A DNA stretch of 37,490 nucleotides. It comes from a virus. Taxonomy: Duplodnaviria; Caudoviricetes. Within the stretch, counting starts at the first letter, position 1; every line of letters begins with the position of its first letter. Of the stretch, positions 33,500 through 37,490 are shown piece after piece. The position numbers and the translations under genes are program-made. Location of the stretch: positions 1 through 37,490 of IMG/VR virus record IMGVR_UViG_3300030334_000096. One strand, given 5' to 3'. The notes under the pieces were generated by a model. That model saw only the letters and a program-made list of their open reading frames with translations. It had not been told where the DNA came from and searched no databases.

Positions 33500-34125
33500 T
33501 ACTCGCCTCCATGGCTCAATTCCCTCAAAAGCTTCAATGATGCACGCTCTTGAGGGGGAGGTGACAGCCCTTTCAGATACCGTCCTCTGAAGAGTTTTGA
33601 ATGGTAGCCACTGGCTGGTAACGTGATATGGCGATCACCCGGCTTGAGCTTGGTCATCGGCTCGGCGGGGTTGTGTTTGCCTACCCCCAACGCTGGGCAT
33701 ATCGGAAGATGTGCTTGAGTAGAGCCAGCTCGTGGTTGGCTTGCGTTTTCGACTGGACGCCGCGAGTATCCGTATAACGATAAATGTCGTGCACCGTTAT
33801 ATCGCCTGGCTCATACTTGGCAAACACAGCACGCAGCCTTTTTGAGCTCCTGCAGATTGGAGCGTCGCGTTGCTTCAGCATGCTTGGCAGGAATGATCTA
33901 TGCTTCATAGCGATCAAATATGCGGCCCGTACCTGCTTTGGGGAACAGCTGCTTTTGCCATTGCTTATAGGCGGTCTGGGCCTCCTTGGCCGATTCACCC
34001 TGGCGTATCCAGCTTTTGCCTACTAATGCCTTCTGACGGGCGTTGCATTTATAGCGCCATGCGCCGCTTTTCCAATACACCCGGGGAATGCCTGGGTTTC
34101 CTGCATAACGCGTGTAAGGCCTCAA
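33500..34125 (-). pseudogene. degraded tyrosine integrase
   Basis: Arm/core-binding remnants 'RVYWKSGAWRY', 'FDRYEA*IIP', 'QANHELALLKHIFRYAQRWG..NPA'; premature TAG at 33898, frameshifts near 33843 and 33686; catalytic domain largely missing. Confidence 0.8.
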
Positions 34126-34326
34126 AGTTGGGTCGCTTGGTTTCAGGTACCTGGCTGAGGTTTTTGCCGCACAGCACTTGCTCAACGTGCCGACGACCAA
34201 CGATCAGTGCGCCGCTTGCGTTGATCTTCCAGCGCACCCCATGGCATCAAGTGAGGCACATTGCTCCTTGGTTCGCTTGCGGCCAATCAGGGTTTCTATC
34301 TCACCTGGCGTTAATAACAGGTCCAT
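34049..34326 (-). pseudogene. DUF4224 excisionase-like gene, frameshifted
   Basis: MDLLLTPGEIETLIGRKRTKEQCASLDAMG, then a 1-nt deletion in a G run near 34238, then VRWKINASGALIVGRRHVE...RPNFEAL. Confidence 0.7.
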
Positions 34327-34419
34327 GATGGCGTCTCCCTTGGTGGACAGCGAGGCCCGAGCAGGGCCTGCGGGCACAAAAAAACCGCCAGTTGGCGGCC
34401 TACTAATCGGTGGGAAAAA

Positions 34420-34851
34420 TTAACACGGCGCTCCTGGTGGAGCTGACGCAGAAACTATTCGGTCATGAATACGCTTGATGGTGTTCCACTCAATAGCCAC
34501 CGATTGCTCGTATTCCCCGAGGCCATTACAAATTTCGCAATGCTCGTCCGGCTCATCTGTATCACAGTCAGGGCAAGTCAGCTTTATCGACTCAGAAAAC
34601 GCGCCCATCAATGCATACTTGTGACCAGACTCTGCCGTTATCTTGGTGGGCACCAAGCTGTAACCTTCGGGGCATGCCGTATGCTCAGGTTCTTGGCTTG
34701 GACGACGATTCCAATTATCGGTAGCCCGTTTACTGCTCGCGGTAGTATCGCTACCTGCGCCGCATTTTAGGCATCTCACCCAGTATTCTGGAGCACCGGT
34801 AACTAGCTCGGCTTTCCCTCCACAGAGTGGGCATGGCTGTATTTCGCTCAT
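34420..34851 (-). CDS. Lar-family restriction alleviation protein with an added Zn-binding C-terminal domain
   Basis: 'PCPLCGG...VRCLKCGA...A..NWNRR' Lar motif; second CxxC...CxxC.G.G module. Confidence 0.75.
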   Translation of the reverse strand: MSEIQPCPLCGGKAELVTGAPEYWVRCLKCGAGSDTTASSKRATDNWNRRPSQEPEHTACPEGYSLVPTKITAESGHKYALMGAFSESIKLTCPDCDTDEPDEHCEICNGLGEYEQSVAIEWNTIKRIHDRIVSASAPPGAPC

Positions 34852-34930
34852 AAACACCTCGCAATAAAAAACCGCTCATTGGCGGCGGTAGTCTTTGAAT
34901 AATCGCGTCGATAATCGCCAGCGTGGCGTA

Positions 34931-35137
34931 TCAGGAATAAGCCGCCGTTTGCGGACTATCTCTGCGATCCGCTTGGCGTGCGGGAGCTGGTCGAGCATCT
35001 TGGTACTCCGTGCAGCTGACGATAATGCGGTGCTTGCTTTTGCTCAGAAGGGGCATTGAAGAAAAGGGCAGGTGGCCACAATCAGCTATGGCGTGGCGGC
35101 AGGACATGCACATGGTGTCTTTCGGTTGGTAGGTCAT
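34931..35137 (-). CDS. phage hypothetical protein (Cys-rich)
   Basis: 'YQPK..MC.SC......C.HLPF..MP......IV.CTEY' pattern seen in phage early regions. Confidence 0.6.
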   Translation of the reverse strand: MTYQPKDTMCMSCRHAIADCGHLPFSSMPLLSKSKHRIIVSCTEYQDARPAPARQADRRDSPQTAAYS

Positions 35138-35373
35138 GGTTGCACCTCTGGCTGTCGGAACAGTCGTGCTGTTGGGCAGCCACTGGTCAAGCGAAGAGCT
35201 CTGTCATGCTTAACGACGCAGCGAACCAAGTGGCGCAGGGAGTAACGACGGCATCGAGTATCCATCCATTCAGAGCCCGGATCATTCGCCACGTCTTTAA
35301 GTTGCTCCCGATAGATCTCTATGCCATAAGCAAGCTTGCCAGCTGACACTTGGTAATTAAGATATTTTCGCAT
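35134..35373 (-). CDS. phage hypothetical protein
   Basis: Fills the gap between coupled minus-strand ORFs; ATGA overlap with the next gene. Confidence 0.45.
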   Translation of the reverse strand: MRKYLNYQVSAGKLAYGIEIYREQLKDVANDPGSEWMDTRCRRYSLRHLVRCVVKHDRALRLTSGCPTARLFRQPEVQP

Positions 35374-35800
35374 CACAGTTCCCATCGGCTTGGCGGCGCA
35401 GCTTGGTTGCTCGCTGCTCAATTTTAAATACAGCGTCAAAGTCCAAGTTTCCGCCGTATTCTCCTTCTAAAAACTCTTCAAGTGCTTCTGCCTGCTTGAA
35501 CGCATCGCGGTGGGCGAGGCTTGCGCCGTTTGGAGAGCGATCATAAAACGTGGGTGGGTTGCCGCCAGTCACTCGACTCAGTACCTGCTTGGCATCGTCG
35601 GCATAGGCTGGAGTACATTGGCCTGATTGTGCGAGCTGGTGCAAAACGTTCTGGCAGGGCACTAGCTCTTTGATTAAGGCGGCACGGTCAGCGGCTAAGG
35701 CGTCGCGTTCGCCCATGACCGCCTCAAGGTGTTCACAGACCCGGTTCAGTTCATCGTTGTCAGCGCGATCCTGGTCACTCGGCCAGATAAAGTTGGTCAT
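35357..35800 (-). CDS. phage hypothetical protein (Ead/Ea22-like coiled coil)
   Basis: GGAG SD before ATG 35800; 'ERDALAA' coiled coil. Confidence 0.55.
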   Translation of the reverse strand: MTNFIWPSDQDRADNDELNRVCEHLEAVMGERDALAADRAALIKELVPCQNVLHQLAQSGQCTPAYADDAKQVLSRVTGGNPPTFYDRSPNGASLAHRDAFKQAEALEEFLEGEYGGNLDFDAVFKIEQRATKLRRQADGNCDAKIS

Positions 35801-35903
35801 TGGGTTAGCTCCAGAGTGGGTGCCTAAATAGGTGGCGATCATAGGTGTATGACTCCAATAAAAAAGCCGCTGTTTTCAGCGGCTCAAAAAATGATGTGAG
35901 GGG

Positions 35904-37021
35904 TTATGGTGTTTTTTGTGGGCCAGACAATAACGTAGCTTCAAAATTTCTGATTACTGTCCGAGCGATAAACCGAACAGTTGAGATTTGTACTGCTACA
36001 TCTTTCAGGTCTGAAGCTCGAAACGACGTTCGCGGTCGGGTACGCTTTGCATCAGCATGAGCTATGGCATCACGGTATGGTTTCTCCAAGTGTTGGCGTA
36101 CCTGCGTAAAGGACAGACCTACTTTGTCTGACCAAACCCATGTATTGGGCATTTTTTCTTCTACGATTTTTTTATCTGCACATTTATTAATTTTTCTCCA
36201 ATGTTGCCGGGCACTCGTAATTCTTTCGTAGATGCGCCATAGTGTAAGGAATTGGTGAAAAGGATCACTTGTTGATAAAGCCTCCCAATATAGTGCCTTG
36301 GCTTCTTCCAGTTCTTCGTTTAAAGGCTCTTTAAGCAGAATGTTGAGGCTCTCAAATTCTACTTCTTTCGATGGCTTGGGGAATTTAAGCCGAATAACCC
36401 CTGAGGGTACACCTAGGATAAAAGAATGAGCAATTGCTAGTGGTACGTCAGCGATATAAGTCATCTCTCTTAAAGTTGATTGAACTGCTTCATAAGCTGT
36501 GTCATCAAAGGTATCTTCATCAGTACCTGGTGGGCCTTCCACTACAATTAATGCGAGTCGTCCTTCAGGATCAGGACACACATGTATCGTAAGCCCTTTA
36601 AAAACTGCACGTTGTCTTTTTTTTAATTTAATTGGTACTGGGCCGATCATTGATGTATCTGTCGGACAAGGAAAGAAAAAAAGATTAGGTCTTAGATAAA
36701 AGTGAGCAATCCAGCCTATGTCGTTTTTTTAGCATCAAGCGGGTCAACGCCTGGTGCAATTATTACTTCCGTTTGTGTTGAAGCTGGTTGCTCTCCACCA
36801 GCTAAACCCTCGGGGGTTGGTAGCTGATCCACCGGATAACGCCGCGGAGATAGATTAGTGCTCCACTGCGTGAGATATTTCTTGTAATCTTCTATGGCGT
36901 CTTGGGAAATAATTTTACCATCAGTATAGCCAAGAAGCCCTCCACGTATCAAAGCGCTACAGATAGCAGCAGGTGCGCCAATGGCCTCAGGGAGATCTTT
37001 AATATCGACTTTATTTGCCAT
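35904..37021 (-). pseudogene. MauJ/ApeA-like HEPN protein, split by a 1-nt frameshift in an A7 run
   Basis: ORFs 36716-37021 and 35904-36650 join if one A is added at 36724-36730; C-terminal 'EALS..DPFHQFLTLWRIYE...RDAIAH' carries an Rx4H motif. Confidence 0.7.
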
Positions 37022-37365
37022 AATTATTTCACTTTATGGATTAACTGGTTAGATTTAAATTTAGCTTTGATCCATTAACTGCGGATTTTATTACTTGATT
37101 GCTATTGAGGGATCATGGCTTTAAGTACTAATGGTAAACGAAAAAAGTGAAGTCTGTAAGATGGAATTCAACAGTAAATAGCTTTGCAGTCATGTTTTCG
37201 CGTTTCTGATGACTACTGGTTTAGAGCCTTTATCCGCACATGACATTTTGTGGAGTAGGGCCAATTCGTAGGCATATCTAAGCTGCACTGGCTTAGAGAT
37301 ATAAGGAACCCACGTGCCGCCCCGAGCCGGTGTGCAAACGGTCAGACGAGACGTGGATTTAGAGG

Positions 37366-37490
37366 CTAAAATGGAATCTCATCGTCAAAGTCATCGTATT
37401 GGGCTGGGTCAGGTGATCCATAAGGGCGCTGCCTCTGAGGCTGCTGGGTGCCATATCCCGTATTATTCGGTGGTGGTTGTCGGTGGCTAA
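37366..37490 (-). CDS. ssb: single-stranded DNA-binding protein, 3' end (partial)
   Basis: Minus-strand frame reads ...QPPPNNTGYGTQQPQRQRPYGSPDPAQYDDFDDEIPF*, the canonical SSB acidic tip. Confidence 0.88.
   Translation of the reverse strand, partial: SHRQPPPNNTGYGTQQPQRQRPYGSPDPAQYDDFDDEIPF

Larger units (their letters stand above)
33392..37490 (-). mobile_element. second, decayed prophage adjacent to the same tRNA-Ser site
   Basis: Integrase and excisionase remnants point towards the tRNA and are preceded by typical early-left phage genes (lar, ssb). Confidence 0.7.

Noticed and set aside
37030-37360. Possible gene or ncRNA between ssb and the HEPN gene
   Set aside because: Only short ORFs and no convincing structure; probably promoter region or decayed sequence.

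Overview
The window covers the right-hand (late-gene) half of a temperate, short-tailed (podovirus-type; no tape-measure or tail-tube genes) prophage in a GC-rich gammaproteobacterial chromosome. From 1 to ~33350 it holds a lambdoid-style late promoter/terminator, a lysis cassette (GH108 endolysin, 3TM holin), a Gp49-family protein, AT-rich morons, TerS, and a large terminase split into two genes around a 73-aa ORF. These are followed by the portal, scaffold, N4-gp56-type capsid, adaptor, nozzle, tail fibre and chaperone, several ejection proteins and a 2730-aa polyvalent protein. An HNH-AP2 endonuclease, a P22 immI-like mnt/arc/sar/ant module and a secreted endonuclease I come next. The prophage ends at a 3' fragment of tRNA-Ser(UGA), the att site. 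Beyond it lies an older, decayed prophage (integrase and DUF4224 pseudogenes, Lar, a frameshifted HEPN gene, the 3' end of ssb). The most striking unexplained signal is a family of covarying RNA hairpins: a 4-5 bp stem, a G(U/G)GA loop and a flanking mismatch that is usually C-C. They sit at the translation starts of seven late genes and also form a 5-copy non-coding array at 2993-3110. This suggests an undescribed operator/decoy translational control system.
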